Source: Marispirochaeta sp.
GTDB taxonomy: Bacteria > Spirochaetota > Spirochaetia > JC444 > Marispirochaetaceae
Direction: 5' to 3'
DNA length: 64,000 nt
NCBI GenBank assembly: GCA_963676835.2
Contig: CAXXFF010000003.1
Coordinates: 704,001 to 768,000, forward strand
Shown: positions 9,667 to 20,186 of the stretch, piece after piece
Numbering within the stretch: the first letter of the stretch is position 1
How the letters are laid out: the number at the start of each line of letters is the position of its first letter
Position numbers and translations under genes: made by a program
The notes under the pieces: model-generated
What the model saw: only the letters and a program-made list of their open reading frames with translations
The model's database searches: none
What the model was told of the DNA's origin: nothing

Positions 9667-10944
9667 TCAAGTTTCTCTGGCTTCTGCTTCTCTTTCGCGG
9701 GTAAGCATAAGTACGCCGGTAGTTGCTGCAAACAGCACCGCATACACAACAGCTGCAACGCCGAAAGCAGCGCGGAAGCCATGGGTATCCACACCCAGCC
9801 CTATCAGCGGAGCAACAATGGCTCCCCCGGACATGCCGATTGCATAATATATTCCCAGAATGGTTGAGCGCCGCTCTTCGGAGGTGTTTTCAAAGATAAA
9901 CGCTTCTGAAGCCGGCATACGGCCGAAAAGGGTTATGCCGAACCCGAGCATAAGAATGTAGGTTAAGGGACTGTAGGGAATAAAAGTGACCAGCCCGATT
10001 ACGGGAATAAGCAGACTCGACACAGTTACCAGAACCGAAACCCGGCCCAGTTTATCCGAAAGATAACCGCTTAAAGGTGCGGCCCAGAAACCCGCAGAAT
10101 AGACAATCGCCAGGGTAAGGGCTGCACCCTGCTCACCGATTGCAAAGTAATCAATCATTATAAGAGGAATAAAAGTAATACATGCCTGCCCGAAGGCGGC
10201 GGCTGTTCCGGTGAGCAGGATGAAAGCGGTGAGTCTCACGGACTGCCGTCTGCTTCCGGTGCGGGATTTTTCCAGGTCGAGGTGAGGGGATGCCGGGGCA
10301 TCGGGCATTTCGGAGGAACCGCCGGTAACAGCGGCGGGAGCAACAGTCTTTACCCTGGTCCCTACGCCCAGGCGGCCCAGGAGAAGGAAGAAAAAGACTC
10401 CGAACAGAAATACCGGCAGCGAGGTTCCAAGAAAGGCACCGCGCCAGCCCCAGGCCATAGCAAGGCCTGTACCGATAACAGGAGAAATAAAGTGACTCAA
10501 CGACCCGCCGATAACATGGAATCCCAGAGCCCTTCCCCGGTTTGCCGCACCTACAGCACCGACAACGATGGGAGGAGCGGAAGGGTGATACCCGCCGCCG
10601 GCAAGCCCCATAAGAACCAGGAAAACAACCAGCAAAAAGACGTTTGTTGAGAATCCCACCAGGGCTCCCGCCAGGGCAACTCCGGCAAGACCGACGGTCA
10701 TAAGAGTGCGTGGTCCGAACCTGTCCGCAAGCCATCCCGCCGGAAGCTGTCCCAGACCGTTGGCAAAATTAAAGGCAGAAGCAACCAGCCCGGTTGCAGC
10801 GTAGGTCAAACCGAAGGAATCCCGGATAAAGGGGAGCATCGGCACCACCAGAGCAGTAAGCAGATGGTGGGAAAAATGTGAGAGAATAAAGAGGGTAATA
10901 AACCCGACAAGCCTTAAAGAAAGACCTTTTGCGGACACAGGCAT
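9667..10944 (-). CDS. MFS transporter
   Basis: About 12 hydrophobic segments; GWLADRFGPR and GYLSDKLGR motif A copies. Confidence 0.9.
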   Translation of the reverse strand: MPVSAKGLSLRLVGFITLFILSHFSHHLLTALVVPMLPFIRDSFGLTYAATGLVASAFNFANGLGQLPAGWLADRFGPRTLMTVGLAGVALAGALVGFSTNVFLLVVFLVLMGLAGGGYHPSAPPIVVGAVGAANRGRALGFHVIGGSLSHFISPVIGTGLAMAWGWRGAFLGTSLPVFLFGVFFFLLLGRLGVGTRVKTVAPAAVTGGSSEMPDAPASPHLDLEKSRTGSRRQSVRLTAFILLTGTAAAFGQACITFIPLIMIDYFAIGEQGAALTLAIVYSAGFWAAPLSGYLSDKLGRVSVLVTVSSLLIPVIGLVTFIPYSPLTYILMLGFGITLFGRMPASEAFIFENTSEERRSTILGIYYAIGMSGGAIVAPLIGLGVDTHGFRAAFGVAAVVYAVLFAATTGVLMLTREREAEARET

Positions 10945-11066
10945 CTCCTGGAAAATTGTGCATACATTCTATCTGCAGAAATCAGCCTGTACAAGCAGGA
11001 AACTGCAGTTTCAGTTATTGACCCGCACTCTATACACTACTTATTTTATCAGGTATAATTTTGGAA

Positions 11067-11086
11067 ATAGTTTATAAATAAACTAT
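11067..11086. promoter_or_regulatory. Putative operator palindrome upstream of nifS
   Basis: ATAGTTTAT-AA-ATAAACTAT just downstream of TATAAT (11054-59). Confidence 0.5.
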
Positions 11087-11149
11087 CCGTATACAGCGGA
11101 TATTTGTATCTTACACCTCGTAACCTGACAGAAAAAGGCAGAGAACGGT

Positions 11150-12325
11150 ATGGAACGAATTTATCTGGACAACAACGCCACAACTGTAGTCGACCCGAAA
11201 GTAAAGCAGGCAATGGAACCCTATTACCTGCAGCAGTACGGCAACCCCAACTCACTCCACAGCTTCGGAACCGAAGTGCATCCCGAAATGAGTATTGCCC
11301 TGGACAGGCTCTATGAAGGAATCGGAGCCTCCGATGAGGATGATATCCTTATAAACAGCTGTGCCACGGAAGGAAACAATACAGTCCTTAAAGGTGTCTG
11401 GTCACTTAACGTTCAGCAGGGCAAGCCCTTTACCCTTGTGGTAAGCCAGATTGAGCACCCCTGTGTCGCACATACCGCAGATTATCTTGAGAGCATGGGA
11501 GCGGAAGTAATCCGCCTTCCGGTAAATGAACAGGGAATTGTAACTCCCGCGATACTCAAAGAGCATATTGCCGGGAAAAATATTGACATGGTGAGTATAA
11601 TGTGGGCCAACAACGAAACGGGGCTTATTAATCCCGTGCAGGAACTGTGTGATATAGCCCACGAAAACGGCGCCCTCTTTCATACCGACGCAGTACAGGC
11701 CATCGGGAAGATCCCTGTAAGCCTTCAGGATGTCAAGGCGGACTACCTTACCTTCAGTGCCCACAAGTTTCACGGGCCCAAAGGCGTAGGCGGACTGTAT
11801 ATCCGCAGCGGATCTCCCTTTTCTCCCCTTCTCCATGGCGGGGAACAGATGGGCAACAAGAGAGCGGGAACAGTGAACGTTGCCTACATGGTGGGTATGG
11901 GTCTGGCCATGAAACTTGCGGTGGATGCCCTGGAATATGAGGATACCACAGTGCGGGCTTTAAGGGACCGGCTTGAAGATGCCCTGAAGGAAATTCCCGA
12001 TACGGTTATTCTGGGGCGCCGGGAACTCAGGACCCCCAACACAATTCTGGTAAGCTTCCGCGGCATTGAAGGAGAAGCCTTTATCTGGGACCTGAATACC
12101 AACGGAATAGCCGCCAGCACCGGGTCAGCCTGCTCCTCAGAGGATCTTGAGGCGGATGCAACCCTGAAGGCGATGAATCTGGGTGCAGAACTTGCCCATA
12201 CGGCGGTCCGTTTCAGCCTGAGCCGCTATACTACGGCGGAAGAGATCGATTACACCATTGAAACCATAAAGAAAACAGTATCAAGACTGCGGGAAATTTC
12301 CAGCACATATTCAGAACAGCATTGA
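11150..12325 (+). CDS. nifS: Cysteine desulfurase, NifS type
   Basis: IYLDNNATT, GNPNS, HTDAVQ, SAHKFHGPKG (PLP lysine), STGSACSS (catalytic Cys). Confidence 0.95.
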   Translation: MERIYLDNNATTVVDPKVKQAMEPYYLQQYGNPNSLHSFGTEVHPEMSIALDRLYEGIGASDEDDILINSCATEGNNTVLKGVWSLNVQQGKPFTLVVSQIEHPCVAHTADYLESMGAEVIRLPVNEQGIVTPAILKEHIAGKNIDMVSIMWANNETGLINPVQELCDIAHENGALFHTDAVQAIGKIPVSLQDVKADYLTFSAHKFHGPKGVGGLYIRSGSPFSPLLHGGEQMGNKRAGTVNVAYMVGMGLAMKLAVDALEYEDTTVRALRDRLEDALKEIPDTVILGRRELRTPNTILVSFRGIEGEAFIWDLNTNGIAASTGSACSSEDLEADATLKAMNLGAELAHTAVRFSLSRYTTAEEIDYTIETIKKTVSRLREISSTYSEQH

Positions 12326-12338
12326 GGAGCAGAACAGT

Positions 12339-13298
12339 ATGGCTAAAGGCGATTTAATCGGCGGTACCCTGTGGGACCAGTACTCAAAGAAAGTAGCAGA
12401 CAGAATGAATAACCCCACCTATCTGGGCGTGATTACCGAAGAGGAAGCCGCTGCTCTGAACGCAGAGCTGATCGTAGCCGATCATGGGGCTGAAAGCTGC
12501 GGAGATGCGGTACGTCTGTACTGGGCGGTAGATAAGGAGAGCGGAAAAATTGTTAAAGCCAGCTTTAAAAGCTTCGGCTGCGGCACTGCCATCGCCTCCA
12601 GTGACATGATGGCAGAGCTCTGCATCGGTAAAACTGTAGATGAAGCGGTTAAAATTACCAACATCGATGTAGAAGCCGCCATGAGAGACAACCCGGATAC
12701 ACCGGCAGTTCCCCCCCAGAAGATGCACTGTTCAGTTATGGCTTACGACGTGATCAAGGCTGCAGCGGCAAAATTCAAGGGCGTTGATCTGAGTTCTCTG
12801 GAAGAAGAGGAAATAGTCTGTGAATGTGCACGGGTCAGCCTGGGAACCATTCAGGAAGTAATCCGTATTAATGACCTGAAAACTGTGGAAGAGATTACCG
12901 CCTATACAAAGGCCGGGGCCTTTTGTAAATCCTGTATCCGCCCCGGCGGACACGAAAGCAGAAAATACCATCTCGAAGATATTCTGAAAGAGACCCGGGC
13001 AAAAATGGATGCGGAAGCCATGACAAAGGACGATACACCCTTTGCAGAAATGAGCCCTTTTAAACAGGCAAAAGCCCTGGAAGCACTCTTTGATGCGGAG
13101 ATACGTCCGGCCCTGCTGCAGGACGGCGGTAATGTACAGATAAAAGACTTGAGCATCACCGACGATGGCCCGCTGGTGGAAATCAGCTATGAAGGGGCCT
13201 GTATGAGCTGCCCCAGTGCCGGTCTCGGGACTCTGGACTTTATTACCGGAACCCTGCGCAGAAAACTCGATAAAAGCTTTACGGCAAAACTGGTTTAA
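12339..13298 (+). CDS. nifU: Three-domain Fe-S scaffold NifU (IscU + BFD-like [2Fe-2S] + Nfu)
   Basis: SCGD, SFGCGTAIASS, KMHCS; VCECARV...GAFCKSC; DGG...GACMSC. Confidence 0.95.
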   Translation: MAKGDLIGGTLWDQYSKKVADRMNNPTYLGVITEEEAAALNAELIVADHGAESCGDAVRLYWAVDKESGKIVKASFKSFGCGTAIASSDMMAELCIGKTVDEAVKITNIDVEAAMRDNPDTPAVPPQKMHCSVMAYDVIKAAAAKFKGVDLSSLEEEEIVCECARVSLGTIQEVIRINDLKTVEEITAYTKAGAFCKSCIRPGGHESRKYHLEDILKETRAKMDAEAMTKDDTPFAEMSPFKQAKALEALFDAEIRPALLQDGGNVQIKDLSITDDGPLVEISYEGACMSCPSAGLGTLDFITGTLRRKLDKSFTAKLV

Positions 13299-13318
13299 CC
13301 GTTAACCGCCGGGGGCTG

Positions 13319-13768
13319 TTAGAGCCGCAAAAGGCGCTGCAGTTCCCGGTCAAAACGGTCGGAAAACTTTTTAAGCTCCCCCGAGCCATAGCTCCGGCGG
13401 CTGCTGCCGCCGACTCCTGCATCCTTCAGCGCGAGATTCCAGTCGCGCTGGCTGAGGCGTTCCCGTATGGTATCCCGGTCGAAGCGGTCTCCCCTGTCGT
13501 TGATAACTATTGCCTCTTGCTCTATAAGCCGTGCAGCCAGAGGAATATCCCGGGTTATAGCCAGATCATAGGGCATTATGTTATCCGCAATATAATCATC
13601 CGCTGTTCGGCCGGCTTCAACCACAACAAAAGAGGTAAACTCATTTTTTATATGGGGGATTTCCTTGTTTGCCGCAAATACAACCGACACCTCTTCCCTT
13701 TCTGCAGCCCTGGAAACAATATCCCGGACTTTTCCGGGCAGGCTGTCCGCATCCAGCCAGATAATCAC
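13319..13768 (-). CDS. YaiI/YqxD (DUF188/UPF0178) family protein
   Basis: IWLDADSLP, ADDYI, ITRDIPLA; GTG start overlaps the manA stop. Confidence 0.85.
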   Translation of the reverse strand: MIIWLDADSLPGKVRDIVSRAAEREEVSVVFAANKEIPHIKNEFTSFVVVEAGRTADDYIADNIMPYDLAITRDIPLAARLIEQEAIVINDRGDRFDRDTIRERLSQRDWNLALKDAGVGGSSRRSYGSGELKKFSDRFDRELQRLLRL

Positions 13769-14913
13769 AGGGGAACCGCCGCACGGTAGACTATTCCACT
13801 GCCCGTCATAGTATATCCCTTTTCATCTGCTGTGACAAAAACAGCTTCTCCTGGATTCAACTTAAGTCCGTTGACAGCAACCTTCCCTTCCGTACAGGTC
13901 AGAATTTCACATCCATTCTTACTTTCTATGTCAACGGAACTACTTACCGCGATACGTGAAAGGCGAAACTCACTGGCAGGTGTACGATAAACCTCTTCTT
14001 CTCCATGCAGCTGAGGATGGAGAACCTCCGCTTCTGCTCCTTTAAAGGTCAGAACCGAGAGAAGCTCCTTTTTATCCACATGCTTTACCGTCAGTCCTCC
14101 ACGGAGCACATTATCGCTGGTAGCCATAAGTTCGATACCCAGACCGTTCAGATATGCATGCAGCTCTCCCGCCGGAAGAAACAGCGCCTCGCCGGGCTGA
14201 AGCTCCACCAGATTCAGAAAAAGAGGTGCAGTTATGCCGGTGTCCCCCGGGTACTGCCGGCTGATTTTACCAATCCAGCGGTACACATCTTCCGGACGAT
14301 CAGCAGCAGCCGCTGCGACTGCCTCGGCTAATGTCTCAGGCTCCGGGTAATCCATAAGTCTTGAGAAAAAACCTTTTAAGCCTTCTGAAGGAATAAGCCT
14401 GACCAGCTCCAGAAACTCCGGAGCCTGCAGCTCCTCTGCAAACTTAAGAATCTCCTCCGGTGGTCTAAAACCGCGAAGGGCCCAAAAAGGTGTAAGAGCG
14501 CAAATAATTTCAGGTTTATGGTTGTCGTCCCGGTAGTTACGTTTTGGGTCATCCAGAGGAATTCCTGCCGCATTTTCCTCGGCAAAGCCTTTTTCAGCCT
14601 CCGCTTTAGATGGATGAGCCTGAATGGAAAGAGGAGATCCTGCGGCAAGATATTTGAACAGAAAGGGAACAGTTCCAAATCTTTGATGCACCTGCGTACC
14701 AAGAACCTCATCGGGATTACGCCGGACGTACCTGTTAAGAGGCACTTTTTCATTGCCGTCTACAAGCAGCGACGGCGCTTTGGGATGAGCCCCCATCCAG
14801 ATTTCAGCCCAGGGAGCGTTCTCCACATTGGGTACTCCCATAAGTTCGGGTAAAAGCTCTCTTGATCCCCAGGCATAATGCTGTACTGTGTTTTCCAGTC
14901 GAAATACCGGCAT
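13765..14913 (-). CDS. manA: Mannose-6-phosphate isomerase, class I
   Basis: QHYAWGS, AEIWMGAHP, PLSIQAHP, NYRDDNHKPE, HAYLNG..ELMATSDNVLRGGLT. Confidence 0.95.
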   Translation of the reverse strand: MPVFRLENTVQHYAWGSRELLPELMGVPNVENAPWAEIWMGAHPKAPSLLVDGNEKVPLNRYVRRNPDEVLGTQVHQRFGTVPFLFKYLAAGSPLSIQAHPSKAEAEKGFAEENAAGIPLDDPKRNYRDDNHKPEIICALTPFWALRGFRPPEEILKFAEELQAPEFLELVRLIPSEGLKGFFSRLMDYPEPETLAEAVAAAAADRPEDVYRWIGKISRQYPGDTGITAPLFLNLVELQPGEALFLPAGELHAYLNGLGIELMATSDNVLRGGLTVKHVDKKELLSVLTFKGAEAEVLHPQLHGEEEVYRTPASEFRLSRIAVSSSVDIESKNGCEILTCTEGKVAVNGLKLNPGEAVFVTADEKGYTMTGSGIVYRAAVPL

Positions 14914-14951
14914 GCTGTTAAGTATAGTGTATTTTAAAGATTTTGCAGTAT

Positions 14952-15233
14952 TCAGGCTTTAAGTTTCTGTTTCAAGGCCATGAACACCCGGGCATTCTGT
15001 TCCTGAAAAAAGTCACGGGATTCGAGGTATTCCCGGGCAATGGCACAGAACTCATCGGACAGGTCGAAGGTACCGAAATGCTTGTAGGCCTTCCTTGGAG
15101 TGGCCTCACGGAAGATGCCATGCTGTTCGTTTATACATATACCAAGATTCTCAACCCAGATTTCAATTATCATGTTGTCCTGGCTGAAAAACTCTGACTT
15201 GTTACCCTTTGTGGCGTATACAACTGCTCTCAT
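14952..15233 (-). CDS. Hypothetical protein (93 aa)
   Basis: ORF MRAVVYATKG... with a GAGG SD; fills the gap between manA and pfp; no recognised motif. Confidence 0.55.
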   Translation of the reverse strand: MRAVVYATKGNKSEFFSQDNMIIEIWVENLGICINEQHGIFREATPRKAYKHFGTFDLSDEFCAIAREYLESRDFFQEQNARVFMALKQKLKA

Positions 15234-15394
15234 AGGCGCCTCTACTTTCCATTGCTCAGGAGGCAGTGTAAACCAGATTAAAAGGTAAATCAATGGACCT
15301 TTCCCTGCAGGTTGACCCTTACCCTGACTGCCGTATATAAAAAAGACACACTAATAAGAAGATACAAAACCATCAGTATATGAAGGAGTAATCC

Positions 15395-17050
15395 ATGAAA
15401 CTTTCACCTTTGCAGGACGCCCGGTATAAATACAGCCCGAAGCTTCCTGAGATTCTTACCAAAGATGCAGCATCAATTAAAATTGAGCTTGGCGCACCCA
15501 CAGAGTCCGTTGCCGACCAGGCCGACCTGAAAGCACTTTTTGAACACACCTATGGAAAACCTGTAGCAACCATTGTTGAAGGAACCAACCCCGACGCGGG
15601 AAAAGCCATCAATGTTGGCGTAATCCTCTCCGGAGGGCAGGCTCCCGGCGGCCACAATGTAATTGCCGGTATCTTTGACGGCTTGAAGAAGCTCAACCCC
15701 CAGAACAAGCTCATCGGTTTTCTCGGCGGCCCCTCAGGACTCACAGACGACAAGACCCTGGAAATTACTCCTGCCTATATGGATGAATACCGCAATACCG
15801 GCGGTTTCGACATTATCGGTTCCGGCCGGACAAAGCTCGAATCGGAAGAGCAGTTTGATACCTGTATCAAGGTTTGTGCATCACATAACATCAGCGCCCT
15901 GGTTATCATCGGCGGAGATGACTCAAACACCAATGCTGCGGTGCTTGCGGAATACTTCAAAACGAAAAATGCTCCGGTTCAGGTAATCGGTGTTCCCAAG
16001 ACCATCGACGGTGACCTCAAGAACGAGCATATCGAGACATCCTTCGGGTTTGATACTGCAACAAAAACCTACTCCGAGCTTATTGGAAACATTCAGCGGG
16101 ATGCCAACTCTGCCAAGAAATACTGGCACTTTATCAAGCTCATGGGCCGTTCAGCCTCCCACATTGCCCTTGAATGTGCCCTGGAGACACAGCCGAATGT
16201 GACCATCATCTCTGAAGAGGTGGAAGAGAAGAAGCAGACCCTGGACCAGGTTGTCAGCGGAATTATCGAGACCATTGTAAAACGGGCAGAAAACAACGAG
16301 AATTTCGGCGTTGTGCTTGTTCCCGAGGGACTCATTGAGTTTATCCCCGAAATGGGCGCTCTTATCAGCGAACTGAACGACCTCCTGGCAGAACACGAAG
16401 CCTATTACACAACCCTTACCACTTTCGAAGATCAGTCTGAGTGGATAAACAAAAACCTGTCCAAAGACTCTTCCTACGTTTTCTCTTCACTTCCCAACAA
16501 TATTCAGCGTCAGCTGCTTATGGACAGGGACCCCCACGGAAACGTTCAGGTCTCCAGAATTGAGACAGAAAAACTGCTCATCGAAATGGTGGAAGACAAG
16601 CTCAAAGAGATGAAGGCCGAAGGCAAGTACAAGGGAAGCTTCAGCCATCAGCACCACTTCTTCGGCTATGAAGGCCGCTGTGCCTTTCCCTCGAACTTTG
16701 ATGCCGACTACTGCTATTCCCTCGGCTTCAATGCCTCTATCCTTATCGCCAATGGACTCACCGGTTATATGTCTTCCGTAAAAAACCTGTCAAAACCCGC
16801 TTCAGAGTGGATTGCCGGGGGAATTCCTGTGACCATGATGATGAACATGGAGCAGCGCCACGGAAAACAGAAACCTGTTATCCGCAAGGCCCTGGTAGAA
16901 CTCGACGGCAAACCCTTCAAGGCCTTCGCCGCATCCAGGGATGAGTGGGCGGTAAAAACATCCTTCCTCTACCCCGGTGCAATCCAGTACTACGGACCCG
17001 ATGAGGTCTGCAATCAGCCTACAGAAACTCTCAAGCTCGAACATAAATAA
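15395..17050 (+). CDS. pfp: Diphosphate--fructose-6-phosphate 1-phosphotransferase (long PPi-PFK)
   Basis: [15 protein letters not shown] (Asp typical of PPi specificity), [22 protein letters not shown]. Confidence 0.95.
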   Translation: MKLSPLQDARYKYSPKLPEILTKDAASIKIELGAPTESVADQADLKALFEHTYGKPVATIVEGTNPDAGKAINVGVILSGGQAPGGHNVIAGIFDGLKKLNPQNKLIGFLGGPSGLTDDKTLEITPAYMDEYRNTGGFDIIGSGRTKLESEEQFDTCIKVCASHNISALVIIGGDDSNTNAAVLAEYFKTKNAPVQVIGVPKTIDGDLKNEHIETSFGFDTATKTYSELIGNIQRDANSAKKYWHFIKLMGRSASHIALECALETQPNVTIISEEVEEKKQTLDQVVSGIIETIVKRAENNENFGVVLVPEGLIEFIPEMGALISELNDLLAEHEAYYTTLTTFEDQSEWINKNLSKDSSYVFSSLPNNIQRQLLMDRDPHGNVQVSRIETEKLLIEMVEDKLKEMKAEGKYKGSFSHQHHFFGYEGRCAFPSNFDADYCYSLGFNASILIANGLTGYMSSVKNLSKPASEWIAGGIPVTMMMNMEQRHGKQKPVIRKALVELDGKPFKAFAASRDEWAVKTSFLYPGAIQYYGPDEVCNQPTETLKLEHK

Positions 17051-17074
17051 TGCCAGGTTGGTGGTATTGAATTC

Positions 17075-17110
17075 AGCCGGTTCCGTTTAAGTACGGGGCC
17101 GGCTTTTTTT
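17075..17110 (+). terminator. Intrinsic terminator after pfp
   Basis: AGCCGGTTCCGT-loop-ACGGGGCCGGCT followed by a T run. Confidence 0.85.
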
Positions 17111-17111
17111 G

Positions 17112-18047
17112 TCAGCGGATAGCACCGGGTTTGACAAGCGTGGCATTGGCGGCAGCGCAGGAGGTACCCTGCTCCAGGGCTTCGGCAAAGGTACCGCCCC
17201 GGCTGTAGACAAAGGCCAGCCCGGCGGTGAAGGCATCACCGCAGCCGATGGTGTTCAGGGGCCTGATCTCCCTGGCTGGAAGTTCATGGAAGGCTTTCCC
17301 GTCGAAGGCAAGTACCCCCCTGCTGCCCCGGGTAAGAACAGTGATGATTCCCCGGGATCTGAAGAGCTCTTCCATTACCGCCTGAGCCTTCTTCAAAAGC
17401 TCAGGGGAATGTGCATGTTCTCCTGTATCGGACAGGGCAAGCTCCTGGGGCAGAAAAGTGGCACAGAACTCGGTAAAATTTGGTTTGATAATCAGCGGCT
17501 TTGCATTCAGAGAAAGCTCCAGATCCTTTCCCCGGATATCAAGAATAACTGTTTTCCCGGCATCCGCAGCTGTTTTTGTCATCCAGGCAAATAGTCCGTC
17601 AGAATAGCCCGGCGATTTGGTACCGGAAATGGTCAAAACCCCGCATTGGCCGATCAGCTCTGTAAAAAGCTCCCGGATTTTATCTTCAGTGCCTGCTGAA
17701 ACAGCCTCAGCCTCCTCAACCAGTTCCGTGGAGCTGCGGTTTTCATCTGACAAAACAGTTGTACAGGTACGGATCTCTGAGCCGGAATCCACCCAGCGGA
17801 CAGGGACATTATCTTCCTGTAAAAGCTCCAGAAACCTTTCCCGCATTTGCCCGCCGGCATGGGTTAAATGAAGGGCATCCCCTCCTAACTGGGTAAATAC
17901 CCGGGCGACATTCACCCCTTTCCCTGAAGCGTGGATATAGCTTCTGGAGGTGCGGTTCACCTCATTCTCCCGCCAGCGGGTAAAGCGCAGAGTCCGCTGC
18001 ATAACCGGATTAAGACAGACGGCCAGGCAGCGGCTGCCCTGATGCAC
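17112..18047 (-). CDS. 1-phosphofructokinase/LacC-family hexose kinase (PfkB)
   Basis: CLNP, SGKGVNVARV, IKPN..E, NTIGCGDAFTAG. Confidence 0.9.
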   Translation of the reverse strand: MHQGSRCLAVCLNPVMQRTLRFTRWRENEVNRTSRSYIHASGKGVNVARVFTQLGGDALHLTHAGGQMRERFLELLQEDNVPVRWVDSGSEIRTCTTVLSDENRSSTELVEEAEAVSAGTEDKIRELFTELIGQCGVLTISGTKSPGYSDGLFAWMTKTAADAGKTVILDIRGKDLELSLNAKPLIIKPNFTEFCATFLPQELALSDTGEHAHSPELLKKAQAVMEELFRSRGIITVLTRGSRGVLAFDGKAFHELPAREIRPLNTIGCGDAFTAGLAFVYSRGGTFAEALEQGTSCAAANATLVKPGAIR

Positions 18048-19186
18048 TAAAGCTTCTCCAGAAATATTTCCAGAATCTCTTCTTTCGAAAAATCCACCGG
18101 ACTGTTCCGCTGACTGGTCTGCTCCGCAAGGGCAGCCATATCTTCCGCAGTAAAACCGTATTCACCGAAGCCCTTCAGCCCCGCTTCAGACAGCCACCCC
18201 TCTATGCGGTCCGGCAGGCCGGAAAGGGAAGACTGCAATGCTCCGGCGGTATCTTCCAGTTTACGCACCGTTTCTGTTTTTCCGTCGGCCTTTGCCTTGA
18301 GGATAATACGCCGTAAGGTTCCGGGAAGGAGCAGGCCGCAGACTATTCCATGAGGAATCTCTCTGGTTCCTCCGATAAGCCCCGCCGCACCGTGAACAAG
18401 CCCAAGGCCGGCATTGGCAATCCCAACCCCGGAACAGTAGGCGGCATAGCCCATCTGTGCCCGGGCCTCAATGCTTTCGGGGTTGCTTAAAACTTCCGAA
18501 AATCCCCGGCCTGCGGCTTCCAGGCCGGAAAGAGTAAGAGCATCGGTAAAGGGGCTTGCCTGGGTGGAATGGAATGCCTCCATAAGCTGGGACAGGGCAT
18601 CCAGACCGGCGGCGGCAGAAACCGAAACCGAAGCACTTACGGCAAGCTCCGGATCTATACAGGCAAGCCTGGGTATGTAGTTGTCATGCCGCAGGGATTT
18701 CTTGAATGACCCCACTTCACTGATAACGGAATTTTTAGTGGCTTCAGAACCGGTACCTGCCGTTGAAGGGACTGCATAAACCGGAATTGTACGTCCGCTA
18801 GGAGTTTTAGTACCTACCCCTTCGAGAAAATCCTTTACCCTGGCAGTTTCACTTTCCGATAGCATCGCCGCCGCGGCTTTACCGGCATCGAGGACAGATC
18901 CGCCCCCTACGGCCATGATCAGTTCCACAGAATGGGGACGGAAAAAATCGGTAATACCATCTACCACTGCCGGAGACGGCTCCCCGCTGACCTCAATCTC
19001 GGTAAAGGTTATTCCTGCACTCTCCAGAGCTGTTCTGAAGGAATCTCCATGTGCGTTATATACAGACCGGCCATGGACAATGCCGATCCTGCCTGCACCG
19101 GACTCTTTGATAAGCTCCGGCATTTTTCTGAACGATCCCGCCTCTATAATAAGCCGGGGTAATGATGCTGCTCGTGTTGGTTTCAT
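18047..19186 (-). CDS. Iron-containing alcohol dehydrogenase
   Basis: GGGSVLDAGK, PSTAGTGSEAT, DALSQLME, GLGLVHG, PHG; start placed at ATG 19186 because the listed TTG (19222) coincides with the TTGACA -35 box. Confidence 0.9.
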   Translation of the reverse strand: MKPTRAASLPRLIIEAGSFRKMPELIKESGAGRIGIVHGRSVYNAHGDSFRTALESAGITFTEIEVSGEPSPAVVDGITDFFRPHSVELIMAVGGGSVLDAGKAAAAMLSESETARVKDFLEGVGTKTPSGRTIPVYAVPSTAGTGSEATKNSVISEVGSFKKSLRHDNYIPRLACIDPELAVSASVSVSAAAGLDALSQLMEAFHSTQASPFTDALTLSGLEAAGRGFSEVLSNPESIEARAQMGYAAYCSGVGIANAGLGLVHGAAGLIGGTREIPHGIVCGLLLPGTLRRIILKAKADGKTETVRKLEDTAGALQSSLSGLPDRIEGWLSEAGLKGFGEYGFTAEDMAALAEQTSQRNSPVDFSKEEILEIFLEKL

Positions 19187-19263
19187 TGGTTCAGTATAGA
19201 TCGCAGATTTGCTGTCTGTCAAAAGAGGAAATTGAGGAACATGAAGAAGTGCCCATTATGTAA

Positions 19264-19959
19264 TCAGGCGTAGAGTTCGCTGCTTGCCTCGGGGGCATGA
19301 CCGGTCATTCTGGACAGATCCAGCTCAATATTAGCCACCGTTTCCTGGGCGCCGAAGGTAAAGGTAAGAGCCCCCTTGCCGGCACCCATGGTATTCAGCA
19401 TAAGACTGAGCATAACAATACCCAGCCCCGCACCTTCGGAATAATCCTCGGAAGAGTCGTAGGCGTCGGCCAGATTTTCGTATTGAGAAGCAATGGCGAG
19501 CTTCTCACGGATTCTGCGGCGCTCTTCCCTGGTGGTGGGAGTGTTATTGCGTATTTTTATATGCAGGGTCTCTTTTTTCAGACGAAAGTGAAAGAAGACA
19601 TGCAGTCCCGCTTTGCGCTGAAGATCGAGATAGTGATCGAGATGTTCAAATGTCTCTTCCCGGAAGCTGTCCATGCCGGATTCATAATCCTCGGAACTGT
19701 ACAGATTGAGGCGATTATGGTCGAAGAACACCCGTTTGGTATTGGCTTTGTGAGCATTGACAGCAAGTTCGTGAATACAGTAGGAGAGCCGGTTATCCAG
19801 CCAGAGGAGACCCAGGGAATCGAGATAACGGGTAATAACGCCGTCGATAAAATCCCTCTCCATGGTAAGATACTTGTAGGTTTTAATATTGAGAATCTGC
19901 CTGTTAGTAATGGCGTACTCAACTTTTTCGATAAAGGGGTTCAGTATTTTGCCTTCCAT
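19264..19959 (-). CDS. Stand-alone HATPase_c/GHKL-like protein (anti-sigma-kinase-like), function unknown
   Basis: N-box-like IHELAVNAHKAN and G2-box-like SEGAGLGI; no HisKA or sensor domain. Confidence 0.6.
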   Translation of the reverse strand: MEGKILNPFIEKVEYAITNRQILNIKTYKYLTMERDFIDGVITRYLDSLGLLWLDNRLSYCIHELAVNAHKANTKRVFFDHNRLNLYSSEDYESGMDSFREETFEHLDHYLDLQRKAGLHVFFHFRLKKETLHIKIRNNTPTTREERRRIREKLAIASQYENLADAYDSSEDYSEGAGLGIVMLSLMLNTMGAGKGALTFTFGAQETVANIELDLSRMTGHAPEASSELYA

Positions 19960-20186
19960 GGCCGGTTCCTTTCCTTGTTATTCACTATACTGCATAATTT
20001 ACCTTATGAAAAAGAGCCTTTCACAAGGCTGATTCCATAATCACAGACCTGCCGGGCAGTTAATCACCCATTTCCCCTTTTGGTTGACCCCTGCCAGTGT
20101 CCTGCGAAAATCCTTTTCCGTTGGACAGGTATTTATACCATATGTTTTGCCTACCTGCAAGTTTCTATGCTAAAATCATTTACCAT

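Noticed and set aside
11150..13298. Nitrogen fixation cluster
   Set aside because: Only nifS and nifU; no nifHDK or nifENB in the window
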